From contig OZ244779.1 in assembly GCA_965219575.1 (NCBI GenBank), positions 300,769 to 364,768 of the forward strand: DNA of 64,000 nt, in the 5' to 3' direction. The notes beneath the pieces were generated by a model. The model was not told the DNA's origin. It saw only the letters and a program-made list of their open reading frames with translations, and searched no databases. The first letter of the stretch is position 1. Each line of letters begins with the position of its first letter. The stretch is from Candidatus Oxydemutatoraceae bacterium. GTDB taxonomy: Bacteria > Pseudomonadota > Gammaproteobacteria > Poriferisulfidales > Oxydemutatoraceae. The position numbers were made by a program, and so were the translations under genes. Of the stretch, positions 43,112 to 54,240 are shown one piece after another.

Positions 43112-44071
43112 TTAGGATTTACTTTGTTTATTCGCAATCGCTTCCGCAATACCGACGATATTTTCCGCCATGCGTGCGGAGGCTGCGTCAATCATTTTTC
43201 CGTCTAGGGATGCCGCCCCACGCCCTTCGGCGGCAGCCTTGTCTAATTCTTCGAGTATACGCCGTGCTTTGTCTACTTCGGCATCGGGTGGCGAGAAGAC
43301 TTGATTTGCCAATTCTATTTGTGAGGGGTGTATCGCCCATTTGCCCTCTATACCCAGTGCCGCGGCGCGTTTTGCAGCCAAAATATAACCGTCGGGGTCT
43401 TTGAAATCTCCGAAAGGTCCGTCTATCGGGCGTAATCCGTATGCCCGGCAAGCAACCGTCATGCGCGTAATTGCGGCGTGCCATTGATCGCCCGGATAGT
43501 CCGGATTCAGCCCACCGATATTGACGGTGCGCGCTCTATTGCTCGCCGCATAATCGGCTACCCCGAAGTGCATCGCTTCGAGACGTTTGCTCGACGACGA
43601 TGCAATCTGCTCGACGCACGCCATCCCGAGTGCGGTTTCAATCAGGGCCTCCAGTCCGATGCGGTGTTTAATGCCTTTTGCCTCTTCCATCTGTGTTAAT
43701 AAAACATCTACCGTATAGAGGTCGCCGGGCACACCCACCTTGGGCACCAGTATCGTGTCCAGTTTGGAACCGGCTTGTTCTATCACATCGACGACATCGC
43801 GATACATATAATGTGTATCGAGTCCGTTGATGCGCACCGAGATGGTTTTGCCGGCACTTTTCCAATCCAGGCTGTTGAGGGCTTCTATAACATTCTTGCG
43901 CGCTTGCAATTTGTCGCCGGGAGCGACTGCGTCCTCTAAATCGAGGAATACATAATCGGCATCGCAGTGCAGGGCTTTCTCTATCATTTTAGGATTGGAG
44001 CCCGGCACCGCAAGCTCACTGCGCTGAACTCGCTGGCAGACCGGTTCAAAACGTGTATGACTCATAACCAA
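43112..44071 (-). CDS. mcl: Malyl-CoA lyase (CitE family)
   Basis: RSELAVPG, DLEDAV, HFGVADY, GKWAIHP. Confidence 0.88.
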   Translation of the reverse strand: MVMSHTRFEPVCQRVQRSELAVPGSNPKMIEKALHCDADYVFLDLEDAVAPGDKLQARKNVIEALNSLDWKSAGKTISVRINGLDTHYMYRDVVDVIEQAGSKLDTILVPKVGVPGDLYTVDVLLTQMEEAKGIKHRIGLEALIETALGMACVEQIASSSSKRLEAMHFGVADYAASNRARTVNIGGLNPDYPGDQWHAAITRMTVACRAYGLRPIDGPFGDFKDPDGYILAAKRAAALGIEGKWAIHPSQIELANQVFSPPDAEVDKARRILEELDKAAAEGRGAASLDGKMIDAASARMAENIVGIAEAIANKQSKS

Positions 44072-44074
44072 TTC

Positions 44075-45334
44075 TTAGCGACGGACGATACCCGAACCGC
44101 CTTTCTTCTTCTTGCTTTTTGCCGGGCTCTTTTTAAGTTTTGTGGTCGTTAATTTTATTTTGAGGGGCGGGGCGGTACGGCGGAAGTATTCAATTGCTGC
44201 GCCCACGCCTTTGCCTGCGGTAATCGGTACGCCGGCATCGCGCAATGCCATTTCAACTCCGGCAATTACGCCTAAAATAGAGGTTTCGTTGTGATCGCCC
44301 AAATGTCCGATACGGAAAGCCTTTCCGGCAAGTACCGATAACCCGGCACCTAAAGAAATGTTGTAGCGATAATAAGCAATCTCTATCACATCGCGAGCGT
44401 CGTAGTTCGGCGGTGTGTAGATTGCCGTCACGGTGTCCGAGTACCATTTAGGCAACTTGGCGACAGGTTTTAGACCCCACGCCTTGACCGCAGCGCGCAC
44501 TCCTTCGGCGAGCCGATGATGGCGCTTGAATATCTGGCTCAAGCCCTCCTCGGATATCAACCTCAACGATTCCGTCAATCCGTATAGCATCGGCACCGAT
44601 GGTGTATACGGGAAGAAACCGTCGCTATTTGCATTGATGTGGTCTTGTATATCTAAAAAGCAGCGGGGGCATTTTGCCGTGTTCCTTGCTCGCAACGCTT
44701 TTTTGCTGAAGCACACCAACGCCATGCCGGCCGGCAACATAAACCCTTTTTGCGAACCGCTTACGGCAACATCGACACCCCAATCGTCCATGCGAAAATC
44801 TATACTTGCGATAGAACTCACACCGTCGACGAACAGCATTGCCGGATGATCCACCTTATTCATCGCTTTACGCAAGCCGGCGATATCCGAGGTGACCCCG
44901 GTGGCAGTTTCGTTATGACACGTGAGTATCGCTTTGATTTCATGCCGGGTGTCCTTCTCCAGATGTCGTCGGAATTTCTCAATCGGCACACCTTCGCCCC
45001 ACGGCACATCTATGGTTTCTACGTCTAGACCGATACGCACCGCAAGATCCCACCATAGATGGCTAAATTGCCCGAAACGCGAAGTCAACACCTTGTCGCC
45101 CGGCGACAGCGTGTTGCTCAGTGCGATTTCCCAGCCCGCCGTGCCGGTAGCGGGGAAGATAAAAGAGCGTCCGGTTTTAGTTTTGAACACCTCGTTCAAA
45201 CCCTTGAACAGAGGTTTTGTTAATTGTGCGAAATCAGGTCGCCGATGATCCTGCTGTGCGATATTCATCGCGTTTTGTATAGATTGCGGGATGTTTGTCG
45301 GTCCTGGAACAAATAAAAAGTTACGTCCTGGCAT
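44075..45334 (-). CDS. Serine-glyoxylate aminotransferase family (class V)
   Basis: FVPGPTN, HNETATG, GSQKG, FRIGHLG. Confidence 0.85.
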   Translation of the reverse strand: MPGRNFLFVPGPTNIPQSIQNAMNIAQQDHRRPDFAQLTKPLFKGLNEVFKTKTGRSFIFPATGTAGWEIALSNTLSPGDKVLTSRFGQFSHLWWDLAVRIGLDVETIDVPWGEGVPIEKFRRHLEKDTRHEIKAILTCHNETATGVTSDIAGLRKAMNKVDHPAMLFVDGVSSIASIDFRMDDWGVDVAVSGSQKGFMLPAGMALVCFSKKALRARNTAKCPRCFLDIQDHINANSDGFFPYTPSVPMLYGLTESLRLISEEGLSQIFKRHHRLAEGVRAAVKAWGLKPVAKLPKWYSDTVTAIYTPPNYDARDVIEIAYYRYNISLGAGLSVLAGKAFRIGHLGDHNETSILGVIAGVEMALRDAGVPITAGKGVGAAIEYFRRTAPPLKIKLTTTKLKKSPAKSKKKKGGSGIVRR

Positions 45335-45565
45335 GTTTTGATCCTTATAATGTAATGTTTTAATTAGTGAAGCGAAATGCCGCTAAAGAGGCTATTATGC
45401 CCTAAATAAATAATTCCGCAAGGAATTTTTATCTGTTGTGTAAGCCCCAAATAGTAATGTGGGGTTGCCGGAAAATACCGTTTTGCACGGAGTCACGCCG
45501 ATTGACTTGCTAACTCAACCGACGGCTTTACTCATTGTTAATTTCTCGTTAAATGTTCTTAGATT

Positions 45566-46522
45566 CTATAATCTAAGCAGTCTTTGTTTTAACTTTCTTA
45601 GTTTATCGGGAAAGCTCATTTTAAGATGTTTATATTTTTTCCACCGCCAGAAAATTAACACTATATTCCACCAAGGGTGGTAATCGCTCCCTAGATAAAT
45701 TTTAAGCACATCGTAGGGTGAAGTATCGTCTATATTCATTTTCCATAAATCCTTTAAATCGAAAAATCTTCTAATAAAATTAGGATATTTTATTTTAGTG
45801 AAAGAAGCGTTGTCGTAGTCTATAAAATAAATTTTTGCATCCGCTAATTTGTCGGTGTCTTGAACCGACATTAGGATATTATGCGGTATCACATCTCCGT
45901 GTCGTATGCCTTGCCGATGAAAAGATTTAAGCGCATCGGTGATTTTTTGTGTTATCAAGTCGCTTTTTTGATTTGAGTCCACATTCCCTACCTTTCTTAA
46001 TTTCCTATATGTATTTAGCCACGGAAAATCCACATTTATATGTTGATATAAAAAATAACTCTTAAACTTTGTCGGGCTGTCGCTCTTTTTCCAATAAGCT
46101 AAAGGTTCGGGTACTGCCAAATTACGGGAATAGGCTTTCTCGCAGCAACGAAAAACCATTCGGTCGGTGCCTCGTAAATGATACTTTAATAGCAACGTAA
46201 ATCGGCTTTTCCATTCATAGTGTCTATTTATATGCACGACCTTCATAACAACCTGACGATCAATATCGCTAAGCATGAATTTATAAAGTTTATTCTTCGG
46301 CCGGCCTATTTCATAATTAAGTTCGTATTCGGTTGATTCGTATTTCTCAAACTTGCAGTTTTCTATCCAGCTTCTTAGTGCTTTTGATTGTTGCGGCGAG
46401 GCGATATTTGCCGCTATTAAGTGATTATATTTCGGCATATTAGATAATTTTGTCAGGTAAAAATAAGATTTGTCTATACTATTTATAATACACGAAATAG
46501 TATTTCTCAAAATAGTAAACAC
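45566..46522 (-). CDS. Lipopolysaccharide kinase (Kdo/WaaP/InaA-like)
   Basis: VPEPLA, HGDVIPHNIL, FIDYD; AT-rich. Confidence 0.75.
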   Translation of the reverse strand: MFTILRNTISCIINSIDKSYFYLTKLSNMPKYNHLIAANIASPQQSKALRSWIENCKFEKYESTEYELNYEIGRPKNKLYKFMLSDIDRQVVMKVVHINRHYEWKSRFTLLLKYHLRGTDRMVFRCCEKAYSRNLAVPEPLAYWKKSDSPTKFKSYFLYQHINVDFPWLNTYRKLRKVGNVDSNQKSDLITQKITDALKSFHRQGIRHGDVIPHNILMSVQDTDKLADAKIYFIDYDNASFTKIKYPNFIRRFFDLKDLWKMNIDDTSPYDVLKIYLGSDYHPWWNIVLIFWRWKKYKHLKMSFPDKLRKLKQRLLRL

Positions 46523-46665
46523 TTTTTTATGTCCACTTCGTGATAGATTTTTTATAATCTACATAGAATAAAGCGTAACAAAAGTTTAGCTCGGCATTCG
46601 TTATTGCATAGTATAGCTTTAGATTAGAACATGTAAATCGTGCAAGCTGATATAATACGCTTTCA

Positions 46666-47199
46666 ATGGAAATGTTTCACGGAACCACAATTTTATCGGT
46701 ACGCAAAGACGATTGCTTGGTCATGGGCGGCGACGGTCAGGTCACAATGGGTAATACAATCGTCAAACATCGTGCGCGCAAGGTGCGGCGTTTGAACAAC
46801 AATCAGGTCTTGGCAGGGTTTGCCGGCAGCACCGCCGATGCGTTTACCTTGTTTGAGCGTTTCGAAGGCAAATTGCAGGAGCACGGCGGTCAATTATTGC
46901 GCGCCGCCGTGGAATTAGCCAAAGACTGGCGTATGGATCGCAATCTAAGGCAATTACAAGCCCTGCTGGCAGTTGCCGACAAGCATACTTCGTTGTTGGT
47001 GTCGGGTACCGGAGATGTCATAGAACCCGAGCACGACTTGATTGCCATCGGTTCGGGAGGGGATTACGCGCGTGCTGCCGCACTGGCTCTGCTTGAACAT
47101 TCACCGCTCGATGCAAAAACTTTAGTCGAACAAGCCCTGACAATCGCCAGCAGGATTTGTGTGTTCACGAACCGAGAACTTGTTCTGGAAACCTTATAA
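46666..47199 (+). CDS. hslV: ATP-dependent protease subunit HslV
   Basis: [19 protein letters not shown]. Confidence 0.96.
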   Translation: MEMFHGTTILSVRKDDCLVMGGDGQVTMGNTIVKHRARKVRRLNNNQVLAGFAGSTADAFTLFERFEGKLQEHGGQLLRAAVELAKDWRMDRNLRQLQALLAVADKHTSLLVSGTGDVIEPEHDLIAIGSGGDYARAAALALLEHSPLDAKTLVEQALTIASRICVFTNRELVLETL

Positions 47200-47230
47200 C
47201 ACAGATTTTATATACAACCGAGGAGATTTT

Positions 47231-48574
47231 ATGTCCGATATGACACCCCAAGAAATAGTCACCCAATTAGAAAAATTTATCATAGGGCAAGACGACGCAA
47301 AGCGCGCAGTTGCCATCGCCTTGCGCAATCGCTGGCGGCGGATGCAAGTTGCCGAACCGTTGCGTAGCGAGATCACGCCCAAGAATATCTTGATGATAGG
47401 TCCGACCGGGGTCGGCAAAACCGAAATTGCAAAACGTCTTTCGGATATAGAGGAAGCACCTTTTTTGAAAGTGGAGGCGACCAAGTTCACCGAAGTCGGA
47501 TATGTGGGACGCGATGTCGAATCAATCGTGCGCGATTTAGCTCAAATCGCTTTCAACAAGGTACGCGAACGAGAGTTTGCAAAGCACGATGACCTCGCTC
47601 AAAAATTAGCGGTAGATAAGGTTATAGATGGTTTGATGGACAACTTAAAGGAAACATACCACGAGCAGGCGGGGTTGGATGAAAACCAACTACGCGAAGA
47701 TATACGTAGATCAGTGGAACAAGGGAGCTTAGACGATCAAAAGATTAAAATTGCCGTCTCCAAACCTCAGGTCAATCTCGGCGTCATGTCGGTGCCGGGG
47801 CTGGAGAGCATCGGTGAGCAAATGCAAGACATGTTCAAAAATCTGGGTAATCTGGGCTTAGGTGCGCGCAAGGAACACAGAACGATGACCGTAAAACACG
47901 CGCTGAAAATGTTGAAACAGGAAGAATTGGAAAAAATGATAGATCAAGAAGGTCTGCATACGCTGGTCGTAGAAGAAACCGAGCAGCACGGCATCGTTTT
48001 TATAGATGAGATAGACAAGTTGGCGCGCCGTTCTCAAGGAACGACTCAGGGCGAAGTCTCTCGCGAAGGCGTGCAACGAGATTTGTTGCCTTTGATAGAA
48101 GGTTCTACGGTCAGCACCCGCTACGGGATGATCAAAACCAACCATATACTGTTCATCGCTGCCGGTGCTTTTCACTTCTCTAAGCCCTCGGAACTGATAC
48201 CCGAATTGCAGGGTCGCTTGCCGATACGGGTTGAACTTGAGCCGTTGGATATAGAGGCATTCATTAAAATTTTGAGAGATACCGGCAACTCTCTAATCAG
48301 ACAATATCAAGCACTGCTTGCCCAAGAGGGCTTGAGTGTAACATTCAGCGAAGGTGCCATTAAGCGCATCGCAACGATAGCCTTTGAGATCAATAAAAAC
48401 ACCGAGAATATAGGGGCTCGGCGGTTGCAGACGGTGATGGAGCGACTGTTGGAAGACATTTCTTTCACCGCACCCGAGTTGGGCAAAAAGAAAATAAGCA
48501 TCAGCGAAAAGGTCGTCAACAAGCAATTAGCCGATATCGCTAAAGATCAAGACCTCAGTTCGTATATTCTCTAA
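47231..48574 (+). CDS. hslU: ATP-dependent protease ATPase HslU
   Basis: GPTGVGKT, GYVG, DEIDK; AGGAG RBS before ATG 47231. Confidence 0.96.
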   Translation: MSDMTPQEIVTQLEKFIIGQDDAKRAVAIALRNRWRRMQVAEPLRSEITPKNILMIGPTGVGKTEIAKRLSDIEEAPFLKVEATKFTEVGYVGRDVESIVRDLAQIAFNKVREREFAKHDDLAQKLAVDKVIDGLMDNLKETYHEQAGLDENQLREDIRRSVEQGSLDDQKIKIAVSKPQVNLGVMSVPGLESIGEQMQDMFKNLGNLGLGARKEHRTMTVKHALKMLKQEELEKMIDQEGLHTLVVEETEQHGIVFIDEIDKLARRSQGTTQGEVSREGVQRDLLPLIEGSTVSTRYGMIKTNHILFIAAGAFHFSKPSELIPELQGRLPIRVELEPLDIEAFIKILRDTGNSLIRQYQALLAQEGLSVTFSEGAIKRIATIAFEINKNTENIGARRLQTVMERLLEDISFTAPELGKKKISISEKVVNKQLADIAKDQDLSSYIL

Positions 48575-48577
48575 GCG

Positions 48578-48949
48578 ATGTCGAATACCCAACTCAATGA
48601 AATTCATCTGCACCAAAGCTCTAGAGTGCTAGAGCTGGTGTTCGACGACGGCAAGAAGTTCAACTTAAGCTGCGAATATTTGCGTGTCTATTCACCCTCG
48701 GCGGAAGTTGCCGGACACGGTCCCGGGCAGGAGGTACTGCAGGTCGGCAAAGAGGATGTCAATATCTCGGCACTCGAGCCGGTCGGCAACTACGCCATTA
48801 AAATAATATTCGACGACGGACATAGTACCGGTATTTACACTTGGGATTATTTATACGACTTGGGCGCGAATTACGAACCCAAATGGCGTAGCTATTTGCA
48901 AAGGCTCAAGGATGCCGGCTTTGAGCGCAAAGAAAATCGCCTAGGTTAA
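48578..48949 (+). CDS. DUF971 protein
   Basis: EYLRVYSPSAEV, VGNYA, DGHSTGIY. Confidence 0.88.
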   Translation: MSNTQLNEIHLHQSSRVLELVFDDGKKFNLSCEYLRVYSPSAEVAGHGPGQEVLQVGKEDVNISALEPVGNYAIKIIFDDGHSTGIYTWDYLYDLGANYEPKWRSYLQRLKDAGFERKENRLG

Positions 48950-49017
48950 ATGTATGCTGAATGTATAGAGAAAACTGCGAATAATTTGCCACATCCTCAA
49001 TTTGATAAATTTAAGCT

Positions 49018-49758
49018 ATGAGAGACTCAAAGACGCATTTCGGTTTTCGCGAAGTCAACCTTGCCGATAAATCTAAACTGGTCGACGAAGTGTTCGGTTC
49101 GGTGGCCAATCGCTACGACTTGATGAACGACCTGATGTCCTTGGGGCTACATCGCTTATGGAAATGGATTGCCACGACGGCTTGCGGCATCAGACCCGAT
49201 ATGCGTGTTCTAGACCTCGCCGGCGGTACCGGCGATATGGCGATACGCATCAGACCTTTTATGCAAGCTCGAGGGTTGCTGACGGTTGCCGATATCAACC
49301 AGGCGATGTTATCGGAAGGACAAGACCGTCTGTTCGATCTCGGTTATGCCGATGTGCCCTTTGTTCGTTGTGATGCCGAAAACCTACCTTTCCCCGACCA
49401 TGCTTTCGACTGCGTCGTAGTTGCCTTCGGGTTGAGAAATATGAGCTCCAAACAAAGCGCATTGCGTTCTATGCTGCGGGTGCTCAAACCCGCCGGTCGG
49501 TTGGTGGTGCTGGAGTTTTCCGAACCACACAAATGGTTGCGGCGTCTGTATCGTTGGTATTCTTTTAATGTGATACCCAAACTGGGGGGGCGTGTGACAG
49601 GAGACGAGGACAGTTATCGTTATTTGGTCGAATCTATTCGTGTCCACCCGAATCAGCAAGCACTGCGCGAGATGATCATTCAAAGCGGGTTTGTGCGTTG
49701 CGAAATCTACAATCTATCGGGTGGTATCGTTGCCATACACCGTGCGTATAAACCATGA
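49018..49758 (+). CDS. ubiE: Ubiquinone/menaquinone C-methyltransferase
   Basis: YDLMNDLMS, LDLAGGTGD, YLVESI. Confidence 0.95.
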   Translation: MRDSKTHFGFREVNLADKSKLVDEVFGSVANRYDLMNDLMSLGLHRLWKWIATTACGIRPDMRVLDLAGGTGDMAIRIRPFMQARGLLTVADINQAMLSEGQDRLFDLGYADVPFVRCDAENLPFPDHAFDCVVVAFGLRNMSSKQSALRSMLRVLKPAGRLVVLEFSEPHKWLRRLYRWYSFNVIPKLGGRVTGDEDSYRYLVESIRVHPNQQALREMIIQSGFVRCEIYNLSGGIVAIHRAYKP

Positions 49759-50366
49759 CGATGAATGTGAGTTCTAAAAAACTAGCCCCGGTGCTCGATT
49801 ATGCAATCACTCGTTATCTGCAGGTGGACCCGCTACTCGTTGCATCGTCGCTAAAGAAAATGGCCGGCAAGACGGTCGGAATATCTCTCGAGGCTCCGAA
49901 GCTGGAATTCTTTTTGCTAATCAAGGAGGATACGATACGCATCGATGCCGATTTTTCGGGACAACCGGATACTTGGATACGCGGCGGTTTTTTTGACTTG
50001 GTAAAACTGGGTTTGGATAAAGACGGCTATACATCGGCGACGCATCTGGAAATCATAGGCGATGTGCAGTTGGGACAAAGGCTACAGCAGTTGTTCGCCG
50101 AGATAGAGTTTGATTGGGAAGAACTGCTGGTTCCGATAATCGGCGATATCGCAACAAATCAATTCGGTGAGGGCGTACGCGCGACGAACAAATTTATCGC
50201 TCGCTGTATAGACTCCTTGGCTTATAGCAGTGGCGAGTTTCTGCGCGAAGAATTGAAAATAACACCGACACAGCAAGAGATCACTTATTTTATAGACCAT
50301 GTAGAAAAGCTACGAGACACCGTGGAACGTTTGGATGCAAGGCTACATCGCATAATGCGCGCATAA
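49755..50366 (+). CDS. ubiJ: Ubiquinone biosynthesis factor UbiJ
   Basis: SCP2-like region, DWEE; between ubiE and ubiB. Confidence 0.85.
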   Translation: MTMNVSSKKLAPVLDYAITRYLQVDPLLVASSLKKMAGKTVGISLEAPKLEFFLLIKEDTIRIDADFSGQPDTWIRGGFFDLVKLGLDKDGYTSATHLEIIGDVQLGQRLQQLFAEIEFDWEELLVPIIGDIATNQFGEGVRATNKFIARCIDSLAYSSGEFLREELKITPTQQEITYFIDHVEKLRDTVERLDARLHRIMRA

Positions 50367-51910
50367 TGTTTATCTTAAAATTGTGGCGCTTGCTCGCAAT
50401 CAATCTGGTGCTGGTTCGACACGGCTTGGACGAAATTGTATTGGCTATTCATTTGTTCAGACCGATCCACTTTATTTTTTATTTACTACCGTGGAATTGG
50501 TTGGGTAAAAAGAAAAAACCGCTTGCGGTCAGAATAAGATTGGCATTGGAAGACTTAGGTCCGATATTCGTTAAATTCGGGCAAGCCCTTTCTACCAGAC
50601 CGGATTTATTGTCGCCCGAGCTGATCACCGAATTGGAAAAACTGCAAGATAAGGTTCCGCCTTTTGCAGGTGATATCGCCCGAGCGAAAGTTGAGGAGGT
50701 CATGGCGGCACCGATAAACGAAGTGTTTGCATATTTTGATATCACACCATTGGCCTCGGCATCTATTGCGCAAGTACATGCGGCGCGGTTGGACAACGGT
50801 AGCGAGGTGGTCGTGAAGATCCTGCGTCCTAATGTTCAAAAGCGCATCAAACGCGACCTTGAATTGCTGCATACGATGGCGCGGCTCGCCGAACGTTATT
50901 GGTCCGAGGGCAAACGCTTACATGCGGTCGATGTGGTACACGAGTATGAAAAAACCATCACCGATGAACTCGATTTATTGCGCGAAGCGGCGAATGCCGG
51001 ACAACTACGGAGAAACTTCGAGGGTTCCGATTTGCTTTATGTGCCTAAAATCTATTGGGATTATTGCCGACGCGAAGTCATCGTGATGGAGCGCATATAC
51101 GGTGTGCCGATCAACGACATGGAGGAATTAAAACGTCATGATACCGATTTACGGAAGCTCGCACATCGCGGTGTGGAAATTTTCTTCACCCAAGTATTCG
51201 ACCATAACTTTTTTCATGCCGACATGCACCCCGGCAACATATTCGTATCGATAAAGAACCCGCTGGAACCCTATTATATGGGTGTCGACTTCGGCATTGT
51301 CGGTAGCTTGGACTTGAGCGATCAACGTTATCTTGCGGAAAATTTCTTGGCATTCTTCAATCGTGACTACCGGCGTGTTGCCGAACTTCATATAGAGTCC
51401 GGGTGGATACCGGCGGATGTGCGCATAGACGAGTTTGAATCGGCAATTCGGACGGTGTGCGAACCCATTTTTCAGCGACCTTTGAACGAAATATCCTTCG
51501 GTGCTTTGCTGTTGCGTCTATTTCAAACCGCCCGACGTTTTAATATGGAGGTTCAACCGCAACTGATTTTGTTGCAAAAAACCCTGCTAAACATAGAAGG
51601 TCTGGGACGGCAGCTATACCCGCAACTGGATTTGTGGGAAACCGCAAAACCTTTTTTGGAACGCTGGATGCGCCGGCGCAGACACCCGACGACGTTGTTG
51701 AAGCGATTGCTTAAACAACTACCGGCATTGATCGAGAAGGGTGCCGATATGATAGAGGCGAATGGTACCCCGCCGACCGCCGATACCGAGAGCGCGCAAC
51801 TGCGTGAAGAAATCTCCCGCTTGAGTGGCGAACTGAAACGATGGCGCATCGCCTTCGTTGCCATCTTGATTGCCGGCGCAGTGGCATTCGGTATCACATT
51901 GTGGACTTGA
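50366..51910 (+). CDS. ubiB: Ubiquinone biosynthesis kinase UbiB
   Basis: [21 protein letters not shown]. Confidence 0.95.
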   Translation: MFILKLWRLLAINLVLVRHGLDEIVLAIHLFRPIHFIFYLLPWNWLGKKKKPLAVRIRLALEDLGPIFVKFGQALSTRPDLLSPELITELEKLQDKVPPFAGDIARAKVEEVMAAPINEVFAYFDITPLASASIAQVHAARLDNGSEVVVKILRPNVQKRIKRDLELLHTMARLAERYWSEGKRLHAVDVVHEYEKTITDELDLLREAANAGQLRRNFEGSDLLYVPKIYWDYCRREVIVMERIYGVPINDMEELKRHDTDLRKLAHRGVEIFFTQVFDHNFFHADMHPGNIFVSIKNPLEPYYMGVDFGIVGSLDLSDQRYLAENFLAFFNRDYRRVAELHIESGWIPADVRIDEFESAIRTVCEPIFQRPLNEISFGALLLRLFQTARRFNMEVQPQLILLQKTLLNIEGLGRQLYPQLDLWETAKPFLERWMRRRRHPTTLLKRLLKQLPALIEKGADMIEANGTPPTADTESAQLREEISRLSGELKRWRIAFVAILIAGAVAFGITLWT

Positions 51911-51913
51911 GCA

Positions 51914-54118
51914 GTGTCCGATAGCACCGATATCAAAGCACGGATCTTAGCCGATTTGAACGACGAGCAACAATCGGCGGTTGCCGCACCACCGTGTTCG
52001 GCATTGGTATTGGCGGGTGCCGGTAGCGGCAAGACCCGAGTATTGGTTCATCGCATTGCCTGGTTATGCGCCGCAGAAGGCATTTCGGAATATGCGATCA
52101 TGGCGGTCACATTCACCAATAAAGCAGCGAACGAAATGCGCGCCCGCATCGCATCACTCAACGGTAGATCGCCGAGCAACATGTGGGTCGGCACCTTTCA
52201 CGGTCTGTGCCACCGATTTTTACGCCTTCACGGCGAGCAGATCGGCCTGCCTAAAACATTTCAGGTGATTGACGCAGCCGATCAGCTGAGGCTGGTTAAA
52301 CGGATTACTCGAAGCCTTGAAATCGACGAGGACCGATGCGCACCGAAGAACACCCGATACATGATAAACCAGTGCAAAGAAGAAGGTCTGAGAGCCGATG
52401 CCGTTCCGCCCGACTACAGCACACACCCCATGTTTAAGCACGCCTTGAGAGTTTATCGCAACTATGAAAACCTTTGTGCGGAAATGCATTTGGTTGACTT
52501 CAGTGAATTACTGCTCGCAACCCACGAACTGCTTCGCGACCACGATTCGTTGAGGCAACAATATCAAAGCCGTTTTAGGCATATTTTGGTCGATGAGTTT
52601 CAAGACACGAACCGATTGCAATACGCATGGCTGCGAGTATTGGCGGGCGAGCAAATCCCGGTGTTTGCGGTCGGCGACGACGATCAATCTATATACGGGT
52701 GGCGCGGTGCGCGTATCGCAAACCTCCACAGTTTTGAGAGAGATTTTAACGATGTACATATCTACCGTCTGGAGCGCAACTATCGCTCTACCGCAGTCAT
52801 ACTCGACGCCGCCAATGCCCTGATAAAAAACAACGACGGACGCATGGGCAAGCAGTTGTGGACAGCCGAAAAAGGTGGCAACAAAATAAAGCTATACACC
52901 GCATTCAATGAAGAAGAAGAAGCGAACTATGTCGTAGAAACCGTCAATCAATGGCAAACACAGCGGCGCGCATTATCCGAAATCGCAGTGTGCTATCGTG
53001 CGAACGCACAATCATTCATCATAGAAAGTGCTTTGGCAGGTGCCGGCATTCCTTATCGCGTCTACGGCGGGCTTAGATTTTTTGAACGAGCGATTATCAA
53101 GCATGCACTGGCGTATCTGAGATTAACTTCCAACCTTAACGACGACCCCTCTTTTGAACGCATCGTCAATTATCCGCCACGCGGCATCGGCACTCGCACC
53201 GTGGGCATAATCACCGAACACGCCGGCACTACAAATGCGAGCTTGTGGGAAACCGCACTAAAGCTGGTAAAAACCAAAACCTTGAGCGCGCGGGCGGGCA
53301 CGGCAATGCAGGCTTTCTTTGATTTGATTAAGCACCTCGGTGCCGATTTCAAAGTACAACCGCTTCCTAGAAAAGTGGAACAAGTGATACGGTTAATCAT
53401 CCCGTATCTTGAAAACCAACGTAGCGAAAGTGCCCAATCCGATATAGAAAATCTTGAGGAACTGGTTAAGGCTGCCGAGCAATTCGCCAACCGATGGCAG
53501 AGAACCGGGGATGCCGATATGGATGAACTCGATGCCTTTTTATCGCATGTCGCTCTGGAGGCGGGCGACAACGAAGCTGAAAGCGACGAAGACAGCGTAC
53601 AGCTGATGACTTTACATTCGTCCAAGGGACTGGAATTCCCGTTGGTTATTATCACCGGCATGGAAGAGGGTTTATTCCCGCACAGCCGTTCTTTGAGCGA
53701 CGAAAGTGGTTCGGAAGGTTTAGAGGAAGAACGCAGACTATGCTATGTCGGCATCACCCGCGCCCGCGAACAGTTGATTTTATGTCATGCGCGATTGCGC
53801 AACCTATCGTACGGCAAAACCACATACAACCAACCCTCTCGCTTTCTGGGCGAATTGCCTGCCGCCTTGATTGAGGAGGTGCGACCGCAAAGCAATGGCG
53901 CACCGTACTATCAATCGTCCAATTCGAATGATGCGACAAGACCTATGCCGGATATCGGCGGGCTTGTTGCAGGGCAACGCGTAACACATCCTATTTTCGG
54001 CGACGGTGTCGTGCTTGATTTTGAAGGCACCGACAAAAACACCCGCATCCAAGTCCGCTTCGACAAGGCAGGCACTAAATGGATGGTGTCGGAATATACC
54101 AACCTGCAGAAAATCTAG
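51914..54118 (+). CDS. uvrD: DNA helicase II
   Basis: AGAGSGKT, VDEFQD, KGLEF, EERRLCYVGITRA. Confidence 0.93.
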   Translation: MSDSTDIKARILADLNDEQQSAVAAPPCSALVLAGAGSGKTRVLVHRIAWLCAAEGISEYAIMAVTFTNKAANEMRARIASLNGRSPSNMWVGTFHGLCHRFLRLHGEQIGLPKTFQVIDAADQLRLVKRITRSLEIDEDRCAPKNTRYMINQCKEEGLRADAVPPDYSTHPMFKHALRVYRNYENLCAEMHLVDFSELLLATHELLRDHDSLRQQYQSRFRHILVDEFQDTNRLQYAWLRVLAGEQIPVFAVGDDDQSIYGWRGARIANLHSFERDFNDVHIYRLERNYRSTAVILDAANALIKNNDGRMGKQLWTAEKGGNKIKLYTAFNEEEEANYVVETVNQWQTQRRALSEIAVCYRANAQSFIIESALAGAGIPYRVYGGLRFFERAIIKHALAYLRLTSNLNDDPSFERIVNYPPRGIGTRTVGIITEHAGTTNASLWETALKLVKTKTLSARAGTAMQAFFDLIKHLGADFKVQPLPRKVEQVIRLIIPYLENQRSESAQSDIENLEELVKAAEQFANRWQRTGDADMDELDAFLSHVALEAGDNEAESDEDSVQLMTLHSSKGLEFPLVIITGMEEGLFPHSRSLSDESGSEGLEEERRLCYVGITRAREQLILCHARLRNLSYGKTTYNQPSRFLGELPAALIEEVRPQSNGAPYYQSSNSNDATRPMPDIGGLVAGQRVTHPIFGDGVVLDFEGTDKNTRIQVRFDKAGTKWMVSEYTNLQKI

Positions 54119-54240
54119 GGGTCAATGGTCGTAGTGTAGAATATACAAATATTTATCTTGACCGGCTGCACACCTACCAACCCCACGGGCGCGCCCACAA
54201 AACATCATCGCAAAACATAAGGTAATAGACTAGGAAAATT

